Below, in pieces: positions 29,772-40,683 of a stretch of 64,000 nt of DNA. This DNA is from Burkholderiales bacterium. Lineage in GTDB: Bacteria > Pseudomonadota > Gammaproteobacteria > Burkholderiales > SG8-41. The translations under genes and the position numbers were made by a program. The notes under the pieces were generated by a model that was not told the DNA's origin, ran no database searches, and saw nothing but the letters and a program-made list of their open reading frames with translations. Where the stretch lies: positions 238,764 through 302,763 of the forward strand of contig JAUXYA010000032.1 in assembly GCA_030684405.1 (NCBI GenBank), read 5' to 3'. Numbering within the stretch: position 1 is the first letter of the stretch; each line of letters starts with the position of its first letter.

Positions 29772-30001
29772 ATGTGCTTAGCGCGAATTCCCCACAACTT
29801 ACTTTAGACAGTAGCAGCAACCTTTTATTATGTAAAGGATTTGTGCTGCATTCCCTTTGCGGTTCGATCCACCTATAATGCTGCGGCGACACTTGCTACT
29901 CTGCAGTATTTTCACTGTACTAGCAATAAGATTTTGCATTAGATGTGGCGCGTAACCCACAGATTAATTTGACTTTTTTCACAAAATTAGTTTTCCACTA
30001 G

Positions 30002-32311
30002 ATGGCCGTTCGTTGGTGGGCTTTCCCACTATTACTGGTGTTTTCGCTGGCTGCCGTAGGAAGTTTGATCCTCGGTTTCGCCGCCGTCGTCATCTATCCG
30101 ACGTTGCCAACGCTCGATGTTCTGACCGATTACCAGCCCAAAATCCCGCTGCGCATCTACAGCGCTGATGGCCAGCTGATTGGTGAATACGGGGAAGAGC
30201 GCCGGGCAGTGGTTTCTCTGGACCAGGTGCCCCAAACGCTGGTGAACGCCATCGTCGCCGCTGAGGACGAGCGGTTCTTCCAGCATGGCGGCGTTGATTA
30301 CGTCGGCGTTGCCCGCGCCGCGCTATCGAATTTCGCATCCGGCGGCGTGAGCCAGGGTGCGTCCACGATCACCATGCAGGTTGCGCGAAATTTCTTCCTG
30401 ACCAAGGAAAAAACGCTGACTCGCAAGTTCAACGAGATGCTGCTGGCGTTCAAGATCGAGTCCAGCCTGAGCAAGCAGCAGATTCTCGAGCTTTACATCA
30501 ACCAGATCTATCTTGGGCAACGTGCATACGGTTTTGCCGCGGCGGCACAAATTTACTACGGCAGGCCTCTCGCCGAGTTGACGATCGCTGAGCATGCCAT
30601 GCTCGCCGGCCTGCCCAAGGCGCCTTCACGGTTCAATCCGGTGAGCAATCCAGCGCGCGCGAAGCTTCGCCAGCAGTACGTACTCCGGCGCATGGGCGAA
30701 CTGGGCATGATTACCAAAGAGCAATTGTCGGGTGCCGCCTCTGCCGAGTCCACGGTCCGCCAGTCCCTCGGCAGTTTTCAGGTGCGGGCTGACTTTTTTG
30801 CCGAAATGGTGCGGGCGCAGATGTTCGAACGTTTCGGAGAGGAGGCCTACACCCGGGGCCTTCGCGTCCACACCACGCTGCTGTCAGACCATCAGCGCGC
30901 CGCATACCAGGCCTTGCGCAAAGGCTTGATCGACTACGACCGCAGGCACGGTTACCGCGGTCCCGAGGCTTATGCAGATATCGCCGGCGAACTGACTGAT
31001 GAACGTCTCGAGGACGCACTGCATGATTACTCCGACAGCGATGACCTCCGGGTGGCGATCGTCCTCGATGCCGCACCAAAACAGGTTCGTGTCTATCGTC
31101 CCGGCGGCGAGCGCATCGTAATTGCCGAGGACGGACTGAAATTTGCTGCCCGCATGCTTGGCGAAAAGGCGGCGCCCAACCAGCGAATCCGCCGTGGCGC
31201 CATCGTGCGCATCGCAAAGGATGAAAAAGGGCGCTGGCACCTGACGCAGATTCCGGGGGCTGAATCCGCGCTGGTTTCGGCAGACCCGCGTACCGGCGCC
31301 ATCCGTGCGCTGGTCGGCGGTTTCGATTTCAACCGTAACCAGTTCAATCACGTGACCCAGGCGATGCGCCAGCCGGGATCGAGCTTCAAGCCCTTTGTTT
31401 ATTCCGCAGCGCTGGAGAGGGGGTTCACTGCGGCCACCGTAGTCAATGACGCGCCGCTCACGTTCACTGCGGCACAGACCGGCTCCGAGCCCTGGGAGCC
31501 AAAAAACTATGATGGCAAGTTCGAAGGGCCGATGCGTCTGAGAACCGCGCTCGCCAGGTCCAAGAACCTTGTTTCGGTGCGTATCCTGCAGGCCATCACC
31601 CCCCAGTATGCCCAGGATTACATCGGCCGCTTCGGTTTCGACCCCAAGCTGCATCCGCCTTACCTCACCATGGCCCTGGGCGCCGGCACGGTGACCCCGA
31701 TGCAGATGCTGGGCGCCTACTCTGTGTTTGCCAACGGCGGTTACCGCGTGACCCCGCATTTCATCGAGCGTGTCGAGGACAGCAAGGGCAATGTGCTGAT
31801 GGTCAACCAGCCCCAGGTCGCCGGCGAATCAGCGGAGCGGGTCATCGATGCGCGCAATGCCTTCATCATGTCGAGCCTCATGCGTGACGTCGTGCGTGCC
31901 GGCACAGCGACCCGGGCGCTGCGTCTCAAGCGCGGCGATCTTGCAGGCAAGACCGGAACGACCAACGAGTTTGTCGACGCCTGGTTCAGCGGTTTTCAAC
32001 CCAACCTCGTCGCCGTGGCATGGATGGGCTTCGATCAGCCCAGAACACTCGGGCGAAACGAGACCGGCGGCAACACAGCGCTACCGATATGGATCGACTA
32101 CATGGCGGTGGCGTTGAAGAATGTACCGGAAGAAGGGTTCACTCCGCCGGCGGGGGTGATCGCCTTGCAGGTGGATCCGTTAACCGGTGTACGCAGCGCA
32201 GCGGGCGGCATCAGCGAATATTTCTACCAGGAATATCCTGCGCCGGATCATGCCGAGTCGTTGCCGGGCGCCGAAAAAATTCCGGAAGACGCACGAAACC
32301 AGCTGTTCTAG
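30002..32311 (+). CDS. mrcA: Penicillin-binding protein 1A (bifunctional glycosyltransferase/transpeptidase)
   Basis: GT51 motif EDERFFQHGG, transpeptidase motifs SSFK and KTGTTN, and the conserved divergent arrangement with pilM. Confidence 0.93.
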   Translation: MAVRWWAFPLLLVFSLAAVGSLILGFAAVVIYPTLPTLDVLTDYQPKIPLRIYSADGQLIGEYGEERRAVVSLDQVPQTLVNAIVAAEDERFFQHGGVDYVGVARAALSNFASGGVSQGASTITMQVARNFFLTKEKTLTRKFNEMLLAFKIESSLSKQQILELYINQIYLGQRAYGFAAAAQIYYGRPLAELTIAEHAMLAGLPKAPSRFNPVSNPARAKLRQQYVLRRMGELGMITKEQLSGAASAESTVRQSLGSFQVRADFFAEMVRAQMFERFGEEAYTRGLRVHTTLLSDHQRAAYQALRKGLIDYDRRHGYRGPEAYADIAGELTDERLEDALHDYSDSDDLRVAIVLDAAPKQVRVYRPGGERIVIAEDGLKFAARMLGEKAAPNQRIRRGAIVRIAKDEKGRWHLTQIPGAESALVSADPRTGAIRALVGGFDFNRNQFNHVTQAMRQPGSSFKPFVYSAALERGFTAATVVNDAPLTFTAAQTGSEPWEPKNYDGKFEGPMRLRTALARSKNLVSVRILQAITPQYAQDYIGRFGFDPKLHPPYLTMALGAGTVTPMQMLGAYSVFANGGYRVTPHFIERVEDSKGNVLMVNQPQVAGESAERVIDARNAFIMSSLMRDVVRAGTATRALRLKRGDLAGKTGTTNEFVDAWFSGFQPNLVAVAWMGFDQPRTLGRNETGGNTALPIWIDYMAVALKNVPEEGFTPPAGVIALQVDPLTGVRSAAGGISEYFYQEYPAPDHAESLPGAEKIPEDARNQLF

Positions 32312-32319
32312 GGGTGCCA

Positions 32320-32922
32320 ATGTCGAAAGAGCGGGGCCGTGACGACACACGCCGCGCGATTGCAGTTCATGCGGCGCGGCTGATGGCGCAGGACGGAATA
32401 GATGATCATGGCCTCGCCAAGCGCAAGGCAGCCAGGCTCCTGGGTGTCCCGGATGCGCGGCGGTTGCCCAACAACGAAGAAGTCGACGCGGCGTTGCGCG
32501 AATACCGGGAAATCTATGAGGGTAGCGACCACAAGCAGCTGGTTCGGGAGTTGCGCACGCTCGCGACGAAAGTGATGCGCGAGCTCGCGGCTTTTGATGC
32601 GCATCTGACTGGTGCAGTGCTGGCGGGAATTGCCGGACGCCATGCGCTTATCCACCTCCAGCTCTTCGCCGAGGATCCCAAAGGAGTGGAGCTGTTTCTG
32701 ATCAATCGCGGGATCGTCTACAAGGCGGGCGAGAAGCGCCTCTACGCCGGGCAGGAGTTGCGATTGTTGCCGGCATTTAGCATGGAAGTGGAGGGCCGGG
32801 AAATCGAGTTGACGGTGCTTGATGCCCGTGATTTGCGCGTGCCGCTGCGCGCCAGCGCCGCGGGCCGCATCATCGAGCGCGCGCGGCTGCCCGCGGTGGA
32901 GGCTTTGCTGGAGGAACCGTAA
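32320..32922 (+). CDS. Conserved hypothetical protein
   Basis: 200-aa ORF starting 8 nt after the mrcA stop, with good coding appearance. I recognise no family. Confidence 0.55.
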   Translation: MSKERGRDDTRRAIAVHAARLMAQDGIDDHGLAKRKAARLLGVPDARRLPNNEEVDAALREYREIYEGSDHKQLVRELRTLATKVMRELAAFDAHLTGAVLAGIAGRHALIHLQLFAEDPKGVELFLINRGIVYKAGEKRLYAGQELRLLPAFSMEVEGREIELTVLDARDLRVPLRASAAGRIIERARLPAVEALLEEP

Positions 32923-32946
32923 AAATCGACGCATCCGACGATGCAG

Positions 32947-34023
<1,077 letters not shown>

Positions 34024-34110
34024 TTATAGCCGTCTGATATTCCAGATAGCTTTGGCTGTCTCCCGTTCTCCTCCCTGAGCGGGTGCCTTAATCCTAATTA
34101 AGGCTCTTCG

Positions 34111-34150
34111 CCCCCGGTTTACTCCCCTTAAAACCGGGGGCTTTTTATTT
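34111..34150 (+). terminator. Intrinsic-terminator-like hairpin with its T-tract on the plus strand
   Basis: 10-bp stem CCCCCGGTTT/AAACCGGGGG with a 10-nt loop, followed on the plus strand by CTTTTTATTT. On the minus strand (downstream of engB) no U-tract follows. Confidence 0.45.
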
Positions 34151-34738
34151 CTTCAGCCAGCGTGCGATCACCGCTTGTGCTTCACGTACGCCGGTCTTGT
34201 CTGTACCGGAAAAAATCTGTGCTGTCGCTTCACCCGGATGACGAGCGAGTTCCGCGCGGGTTTGCTTTAGCATGGCTTCTGCATCACGCCGGTTCAGCTT
34301 GTCAGACTTGGTTAACAACACGTGCACGGGTTTGTTAGTAGGTGCCAGCCAGTCCAGTAAATGGTGGTCAAGCTCAATCAACCCACGCCGAATATCGACA
34401 ATAATTATCAATAAAATCAATGAGTTACGATTTGATATGTAAGTGCCAATTAACTCATCCCAGCGTTCCTGCTCGGGACGGGGCACCTTGGCGTATCCAT
34501 ACCCGGGGAGATCCACCAGTGCGCATTGATTACCCATGTCAAAAAAATTGATGGCCTGGGTCCGCCCCGGAGTCTTGCTGACAAAGGCCAGCTTTCTCCG
34601 ATTCGCCAGCGCATTGATGGCGGTCGACTTGCCGGCGTTGGAGCGGCCAGCGAATGCCACCTCGGCTCCGGTATCGGGGGGCATGTCGCCGAGCTGATGC
34701 ACGGCATAGCGGAACTCGAGATGCGAAAACAGGGACAC
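34145..34738 (-). CDS. engB: Ribosome biogenesis GTP-binding protein YihA/EngB
   Basis: G1 motif GRSNAGKSTAIN, a DLPGYG G3 region and TKSDK G4; 197 aa. Confidence 0.9.
   Translation of the reverse strand: MSLFSHLEFRYAVHQLGDMPPDTGAEVAFAGRSNAGKSTAINALANRRKLAFVSKTPGRTQAINFFDMGNQCALVDLPGYGYAKVPRPEQERWDELIGTYISNRNSLILLIIIVDIRRGLIELDHHLLDWLAPTNKPVHVLLTKSDKLNRRDAEAMLKQTRAELARHPGEATAQIFSGTDKTGVREAQAVIARWLKK
34410..34427 (+). repeat. AT-rich 18-mer motif copy c (AATAAAATCAATGAGTTA), inside engB CDS (antisense)
   Basis: Full WATCAANNNNTTR match. It lies within a roughly 60-nt AT-rich patch encoding …YISNRNSLILLIIIVDI… in rare codons. An inverted ATGAGTTA/TAACTCAT pair flanks 34420-34458. Confidence 0.75.
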
Positions 34739-34828
34739 GATTCATTATCTCCCGGCACAGGCGGCCACGGGGCGAAATACTATAAAATACAAACCTTTTT
34801 TACTGATTGTATGAATCAAGGAGTACTC

Positions 34829-35491
34829 ATGGAATACCGCCAACCGACCCGCAGTCCGCATTTCAGGCGAGCATTGCTCGCCACGGTACTGCTGCTGGCG
34901 GCACAGACCGCGGCTGCACAAGGCGTGATCAAGGGAGATCCGGCCAAGGCGCAGCAGATTGTCACCCAGCTCTGCGTGGCCTGTCATGCCGTTGACGGCA
35001 ACAGTCCGGCTTCGGTGAACCCGATTCTCGCTGCGCAGCACCCGGAGTACACCTACAGGCAACTGATGAATTTCAAGCCGCAGGGCGGCAAGCCGGCGGA
35101 GCGCAACAATGCCGTGATGGCCGGCATGGTCGCCAATCTGTCCGAAGACGACATGAAGAATCTTGCGGCGTATTTTGCCGCGCAGAAACTCAAGCCGCGT
35201 GCAGCGCGCGATGCCACGCTGGCCAAGCAGGGTGAGGCCATTTATCGCGGCGGCATCATGGCCAAGGGCGTTGCGGCCTGCGCGTCCTGCCATGCGCCGA
35301 ACGGCGCCGGAATTCCCGCGCAATACCCGCGCCTGGCCGGCCAGCATGCCGAGTACACCGCCGGGCAATTGAAGGCATTCCGCAGCGGGCAGCGCGCCAA
35401 TGATCCCGCGCAGATGATGCGCGGTGTCGCGGCAAAGCTGAACGACCAGGAAATCGCGGCAGTATCCGAATACATCGCGGGCCTGCGCTGA
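34829..35491 (+). CDS. Dihaem cytochrome c4
   Basis: Signal peptide and two CXXCH motifs (CVACH, CASCH). SD AAGGAG lies 5 nt upstream of the ATG at 34829. Confidence 0.85.
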   Translation: MEYRQPTRSPHFRRALLATVLLLAAQTAAAQGVIKGDPAKAQQIVTQLCVACHAVDGNSPASVNPILAAQHPEYTYRQLMNFKPQGGKPAERNNAVMAGMVANLSEDDMKNLAAYFAAQKLKPRAARDATLAKQGEAIYRGGIMAKGVAACASCHAPNGAGIPAQYPRLAGQHAEYTAGQLKAFRSGQRANDPAQMMRGVAAKLNDQEIAAVSEYIAGLR

Positions 35492-35572
35492 CCGCAGTCA
35501 GGCCCCTGTTCCGCTGCATGGGGGAGACTGCGCAGGTCTGCCTTTTTTGTCTGCACTGACTTCACGTCTTTC

Positions 35573-37615
35573 ATGGCCCAGCACACCCGAACCCGCGCCG
35601 TCTACGACCTGCTGTCGTCGATGCGTTTTGCGATCAGCCTGCTGACCGTTCTGGCTGTTGCTTCCGTGGTTGGCACCGTACTCAAGCAGGCCGAGCCGTA
35701 TACCAACTATATCTCGCAGTTCGGCCCCTTCTGGTTCCCGGTGTTCGAGACGCTCGGGCTGTATGACGTGTACCACGCGGCGTGGTTTCTCGCGATCCTC
35801 GGCTTCCTCGTGCTGTCGACCAGCCTGTGTATCTATCGCAATGGTCCCGGGATGCTTCGCGAAATGCGCAATTTCCGCGAACAGGCCACCGAGCGCTCCC
35901 TGCGGCATATTCAGAACCGCGCCGAGTACGAATTCGCGGCTCCCCCGGAAGGTGTGCTGCGGCGTGCGACTGCCTACCTGGCGAACCAGGGCTTTCGTTT
36001 TCGCACCGTGCAGCGCGGCGAGGACACTCTGGTTGCAGCCAAGGCCGGCAGTTACCACCGGACGGGTTATCTGCTGACCCATTGCGGCATTGTCGTGATC
36101 TGCGTCGGCGGTTTGCTCGACGGGAATGTCCCCTTGAAGCTCCGCCAAATCACCGGTCAACTGGTGCTCGAAACACGCGATGTGCCGCAAAGTCAGGTGC
36201 CGCCGCAGAGCCGCCTGTCGCCTTCCAATCCGTCGTTTCGCGGCAACGTCAACATTCCGGAGGGCACCAGCGCGAGCGTGGTGTTCCAGAACGTCGCCGA
36301 CGGTTACCTGGTGCAAGACCTGCCTTTCACCATCGCCCTGAAAAAATTCCACATCGATCACTACTCGACCGGGCAGCCGCGCGACTTTGCCAGCGATATC
36401 GTGGTCCTTGACCATGAAACCGGGGAGCGCTACGAGCGCACCATCCGCGTCAATCATCCCTTCATCCATCGCGGCATTGCCATCTACCAGGCGAGTTTTG
36501 CCGACGGCGGCACCCGCATGCAGCTGAAAGGCTGGCCCCTGCTGTCACCGAAGGTCACGCCCTTCGACGTCGCGGGGGCGGTCAACCAGGCGACCCGCAT
36601 TACCAGCGGAGACACCGAAATTAGCGTAGAACTTTCGGATTTCCGGCCGTTCAACATCGAGGATCTGAGTGCGAATACGGAAAGCTCGCGGATCGAAGTC
36701 GCCAGCGTGTCCAAGAAAGTGCTTGCCCAGCTGGGCTCCGGTGCGGCCGATCTTTCGAAGAAGGACCTGCGCAATGTCGGCCCGAGCTTCCAGTACCGCC
36801 TGCGCGATTCCCAGGGTCAGGCAAAGGAATTCAGCAACTACATGTTGCCCCTGCAGCTCGAAGGTTCCTGGTACCTGATGTCCGGTGTGCGCTCCACCCC
36901 GAACGAGGGATTCCGCTTTCTCCGCCTGCCGCTGGATCCTGATGGTCGCCTCGACGGGCACATGCAGCTGCGCGCCGTGATGCTCGACGACAAGGCTTGG
37001 CCGGAAATTGGCCGCCGTTTCGCGCACAACGCGGTGAGCGGTTCGACGGTGCCGACGGAAATGCGGGAGCGGCTGGCCGAGAGCGCGGAAAAGGTGCTGC
37101 AGTTGTTTGCCGTGCGCGGCTTCGAATCGGTCGGACAGTTCATCGAAAAGGGCATACCTCAGGCCGAACAGGAGAAGGCCGCCGATGTTTACGTGAAAGT
37201 GCTCGAAGGTGCCGCGCTGGAGGCCCTGCAGCTGGCGCGTGAAAGGGCGAAGTTGCCCCCAGCCCCTTTCGACCCCCAGACCCTGCGTTTTGTCCGTGAC
37301 ACCCTGACTTCGGTCAGCGACAGCTTTGCCTACGGTGCGCCGGTATATCTGCAATTGGTCCAGTATGAGGAAGTGAAAGCCTCCGGTCTGCAACTGACCC
37401 GCGCCCCCGGCCAGGATATTGTCTACGGTGGTTCGCTGATGCTGGTACTGGGGATTTTCGCGATGTTGTACATCCGCGAACGGCGGATCTGGTTGCTGGT
37501 CAAACCGGCGCAGGGCAAGATGCTGCTGGCGATGGCGACCAACCGCCAGACTCTGGAAAATGAACGCGAATTCGAACGCCACAAGGCCGCCCTGGCCGAG
37601 ACCGTGAAAGGTTGA
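35573..37615 (+). CDS. resB: Cytochrome c biogenesis protein ResB/Ccs1 (system II)
   Basis: 680 aa with N-terminal TM helices and a large periplasmic domain; directly upstream of ccsA. Confidence 0.88.
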   Translation: MAQHTRTRAVYDLLSSMRFAISLLTVLAVASVVGTVLKQAEPYTNYISQFGPFWFPVFETLGLYDVYHAAWFLAILGFLVLSTSLCIYRNGPGMLREMRNFREQATERSLRHIQNRAEYEFAAPPEGVLRRATAYLANQGFRFRTVQRGEDTLVAAKAGSYHRTGYLLTHCGIVVICVGGLLDGNVPLKLRQITGQLVLETRDVPQSQVPPQSRLSPSNPSFRGNVNIPEGTSASVVFQNVADGYLVQDLPFTIALKKFHIDHYSTGQPRDFASDIVVLDHETGERYERTIRVNHPFIHRGIAIYQASFADGGTRMQLKGWPLLSPKVTPFDVAGAVNQATRITSGDTEISVELSDFRPFNIEDLSANTESSRIEVASVSKKVLAQLGSGAADLSKKDLRNVGPSFQYRLRDSQGQAKEFSNYMLPLQLEGSWYLMSGVRSTPNEGFRFLRLPLDPDGRLDGHMQLRAVMLDDKAWPEIGRRFAHNAVSGSTVPTEMRERLAESAEKVLQLFAVRGFESVGQFIEKGIPQAEQEKAADVYVKVLEGAALEALQLARERAKLPPAPFDPQTLRFVRDTLTSVSDSFAYGAPVYLQLVQYEEVKASGLQLTRAPGQDIVYGGSLMLVLGIFAMLYIRERRIWLLVKPAQGKMLLAMATNRQTLENEREFERHKAALAETVKG

Positions 37616-37617
37616 TC

Positions 37618-38763
37618 ATGGAACTTGCACAGACCCTGCCGCAACAGCAGTCCTGGCTGCGCCGACTGTCATGGTTTGACTGGGCTTATGCTGTCGCGCT
37701 GCTTGCCGGTGCTGTAGTGGCGCTCAAGCTTTACGGCGCCTACATGGATGGTTACGAGCAGGCCATTCTCGTCGGCACCGCCCTCTCGGTGGCCGGGCTC
37801 GGCTGGCACTGGAAGGCCGTGCGCGTGCTGATGATCGTGCTGGTTGCCGTCAGCCTGTGGAGCATTTCGCTGTATCAGGGCGACCTTGCCCGGGCCGAGC
37901 AGGTGTTTTTCCTCAAGTACATGATTTCCAGCCAGACCGCGATCATGTGGATGTGTTTCCTCTACGCGATGTCCGGCGTGGCGTACTGGGCCGGCTTGCT
38001 TTTCCGCGCCGACGGCCTCGCCCGCGCGGGGACCGGCTTCGCCTGGAGCGCCACGGCAATGGGCTTCATCGGACTGCTGGTTCGCTGGTATGAGTCCTAC
38101 CTCATCGGCACGGATGTCGGCCATATCCCGATCAGCAATCTTTACGAAGTGTTCGTGCTGTTCTGCGTCACTACCGCATTGCTTTACCTCTATTACGAGG
38201 GCCGCTATGCCACACGCCGCCTCGGCGCCTTCGTGCTGCTGATCATTCTCGCAGCGGTGTGGTTCATCCTCTGGTACACCTTCGACCGCGGCGCGCATGA
38301 AATCCAGCCGTTGGTGCCGGCCCTGCAGTCCTGGTGGATGAAAATTCACGTGCCCACCAATTTCGTCGGGTACGGTGCGTTTTCGATTGCTGCGATGGTC
38401 GGCATTGCCTATCTGCTCGCGGACAAAGGGTTGCTCAAGCGTGTATTGCCGTCCGCGGAACTGATGGATGACGTGATGTACAAGTGCATTGCCATCGGCT
38501 TTGTGTTTTTCACCATTGCCACCATCCTTGGCGCGATGTGGGCGGCGGAGGCCTGGGGCGGCTACTGGTCCTGGGACCCGAAGGAGACCTGGGCGCTGAT
38601 CGTCTGGCTGAACTACGCGGCTTGGCTGCACATGCGGCTGATCAAGGGCCTGCGCGGGCCGATCCTCGCCTGGTGGGCGATCGTTGGCCTGCTGTTGACG
38701 ACCTTCGCCTTCATCGGCGTCAACATGTTCCTCTCCGGACTGCATTCCTACGGCAGCCTGTAA
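37618..38763 (+). CDS. ccsA: Cytochrome c-type biogenesis protein CcsA/ResC (system II haem handling)
   Basis: Polytopic membrane protein with the WWD-type motif WGGYWSWDPKETWA. ATG at 37618 lies just after the resB stop. Confidence 0.9.
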   Translation: MELAQTLPQQQSWLRRLSWFDWAYAVALLAGAVVALKLYGAYMDGYEQAILVGTALSVAGLGWHWKAVRVLMIVLVAVSLWSISLYQGDLARAEQVFFLKYMISSQTAIMWMCFLYAMSGVAYWAGLLFRADGLARAGTGFAWSATAMGFIGLLVRWYESYLIGTDVGHIPISNLYEVFVLFCVTTALLYLYYEGRYATRRLGAFVLLIILAAVWFILWYTFDRGAHEIQPLVPALQSWWMKIHVPTNFVGYGAFSIAAMVGIAYLLADKGLLKRVLPSAELMDDVMYKCIAIGFVFFTIATILGAMWAAEAWGGYWSWDPKETWALIVWLNYAAWLHMRLIKGLRGPILAWWAIVGLLLTTFAFIGVNMFLSGLHSYGSL

Positions 38764-38768
38764 GCGCT

Positions 38769-39746
38769 TCAGCGCGTGACCGGTGTCGCGGGCGGCAACG
38801 CCAGCCCGCGTTCGGCGGCAAGCTGTCGCAGGCGGTCGGGGTAATCGGAAATGATGCCATCGACACTCCAATCGATCATGCGCGCAATGTCCGCCGGACT
38901 GTTGACGGTCCACACCACCACTTTGAGATCCAACTGCCGTGCTTCCCGCAGCTGCTCGCGGGTCAACTCGGCGAAATGAGGCGACCATACGGCGCCTCCG
39001 GCCGCTTTCACCATTCGCGCCACGGAGCCGCCGTAATCGCCGACATGAAAGCCGGCCGTCCACGGTGATGAACTGTCGTGCGCGCGGATGTTGTCCAGCC
39101 ATGGCTGCTGCACGGTCAGGTATACCGTGGCAATATCCGGGGCTTCGCGCTGCACCACCTGCAGCGTGCGCCAGTCGAAGGACTGTATCGTAACCCGCGA
39201 TTCCAGACCTTCCCGCCGGATCAGCTCGATCAGCGCGCGTGCAAACGCCTCGGGTGACGGCGTCAGCCCCGGCCGCTCCGGAGAAATTTTGGTTTCGATG
39301 TTGAATCGCACCACCGCGTTGCCTGCCTGGCGGGCGAGAGCGAACACGTCCGTGAGCCGGGGAATGCGCGCACCGTCAACTGGCTGTTGTTCGGGAAAGC
39401 GCTGCACATATTGAGTCAGCTGACGGATGCGGCCGACATCATAGGCCTGCAACTCTCCCCAAGTCAGCGCATGGATGGCGAGATCCTGGCGGGAGATCCA
39501 TGCGCCGTCGGGACCGCGGGTGATGTCGGGGTTGAGGGTGGCATCGTGGCTGACCACGACCACACCGTCGCGGGTGACGACGGTATCCAGTTCAAGGGTG
39601 CTGACGCCGAGGGACAGGGCGCGGGCAAAGGCCGGGAGGGTGTTCTCCGGCAGCAGGCCGCGGGCACCGCGATGGCCCTGCAGATCGAGGCCCGCCGCGC
39701 TCCCTGCGACCATCAGCAGTACTGTGGCAAGCAGGGTCTGGCGCAT
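38769..39746 (-). CDS. Glycerophosphodiester phosphodiesterase (secreted)
   Basis: Signal peptide and GDPD motif HRGARGLLPENTLPAF; 325 aa. Confidence 0.85.
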   Translation of the reverse strand: MRQTLLATVLLMVAGSAAGLDLQGHRGARGLLPENTLPAFARALSLGVSTLELDTVVTRDGVVVVSHDATLNPDITRGPDGAWISRQDLAIHALTWGELQAYDVGRIRQLTQYVQRFPEQQPVDGARIPRLTDVFALARQAGNAVVRFNIETKISPERPGLTPSPEAFARALIELIRREGLESRVTIQSFDWRTLQVVQREAPDIATVYLTVQQPWLDNIRAHDSSSPWTAGFHVGDYGGSVARMVKAAGGAVWSPHFAELTREQLREARQLDLKVVVWTVNSPADIARMIDWSVDGIISDYPDRLRQLAAERGLALPPATPVTR

Positions 39747-39758
39747 GCGGCCTTCATG

Positions 39759-40466
39759 TCACTCGCCGGCGGCGAGGAAGGAGGTCAGGCGCCAGCCGCC
39801 CTCGCCTTTGCGGAAGCAGGCCAGATGTTCGAGCGGGCTGCGTATGTGCTCTTCGGGGATGAAGCCCTCGCGCTCCCCGGCACGGATCTTCACCCATTTC
39901 TGCCGGTTGTCGGGGTCGCTGTCAGCTGTTTCCCAGTCAGTGACGCGCACGATGGAGTGGCCGAGGTTCGCCAGAATCTCTAGGCTGCCCGAAGGCCCGG
40001 CGCGCAAAGCGGTTTCCCGCGCGGTGATCGCACCGTATTCGTGGGGATCCACATTCCTGGGCCAGTGTGGCAACACATAGGGTGCGCACAGGCTGCGCGG
40101 CATTTTTTCATGGCTGTACCAGGCCGTGCCGAGGTGCAGCGCGCGAGGCAGTTCGCGCCATAGCGGACTATCCACGGCATCGACGTCCCACTGACGCATG
40201 AATTCCTCGATTCCGGAGGGACGGTCGATGCCGTTGCGCACGTTGCGGGCGACGATGCCGAGCACGAATTTTTGGTCACGTGCCTGCAAGGCCTGCAGCA
40301 ATTGTTCGCGGAAACGCGTCCATGACGGATCTCCCGCCGCCTCATCGCGCGGTGCAAAAACCCCGTCTTGGGGTTTGGCTGGCGGCTTCTTAGGCAGGGC
40401 TTCTGCCGCAATGGCTGGCATCGCGACCAGCAGTAGCGCGCAGATCACGCGGTACAAGATGTGCAT
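39759..40466 (-). CDS. Secreted hypothetical protein with SH3-like C-terminal region
   Basis: Signal peptide; the C-terminal segment resembles bacterial SH3 (…WVKIRAGEREGFIPEEHI…). No confident family assignment. Confidence 0.5.
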   Translation of the reverse strand: MHILYRVICALLLVAMPAIAAEALPKKPPAKPQDGVFAPRDEAAGDPSWTRFREQLLQALQARDQKFVLGIVARNVRNGIDRPSGIEEFMRQWDVDAVDSPLWRELPRALHLGTAWYSHEKMPRSLCAPYVLPHWPRNVDPHEYGAITARETALRAGPSGSLEILANLGHSIVRVTDWETADSDPDNRQKWVKIRAGEREGFIPEEHIRSPLEHLACFRKGEGGWRLTSFLAAGE

Positions 40467-40683
40467 CAGAATTCCTCGAAGCTACCTTAGTAGTAGTCAA
40501 AAACGGGCTCTACCACTTTTGGGTGATTCCCGGTCTTGCGGCAGATTGCCCGAACGGCGATGCAGGTGTCGAATTACCTTAGTGCAGCTTCGGCAACACG
40601 GTCATCGAATTCCCGCAAGCCTATGAAGGGCGCTATCTTAAGCGCCGCTGGAGGGGTGCACAACCGGGAACGCCTGGACGGAC

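Noticed and set aside
29772-30001. TATAAT box at 29874-29879 in the 230-nt pilM/mrcA divergent region, as a possible mrcA promoter.
   Set aside because: The best -35 at 17-bp spacing (TTCCCT) is poor. Several alternative AT-rich hexamers exist in this region, so it cannot be pinned down without 5'-end data.
34029-34038. GCCGTCTGAT, one base off the Neisseria DNA uptake sequence GCCGTCTGAA. A second GCCGTCTG occurs near 19631.
   Set aside because: Only two partial hits in 64 kb, neither a full DUS. True DUS-bearing genomes show roughly one copy per kb, often as inverted pairs in terminators.
34400-34420. Fur-box-like string AATAATTATCAATAAAATC overlapping motif copy c.
   Set aside because: By my count only about 12 of 19 positions match GATAATGATAATCATTATC. 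It lies inside the engB coding region, and the other motif copies lack the ATAATTAT part.
40467-40683. Direct 9-nt repeat TACCTTAGT (about 40485 and 40576), flanked by inverted CGAAGCT/AGCTTCG, in the 217-nt gap upstream of the secreted hypothetical gene.
   Set aside because: A single 9-mer repeat within about 200 nt is close to chance expectation. There is no terminator, promoter or ORF context to give it meaning.
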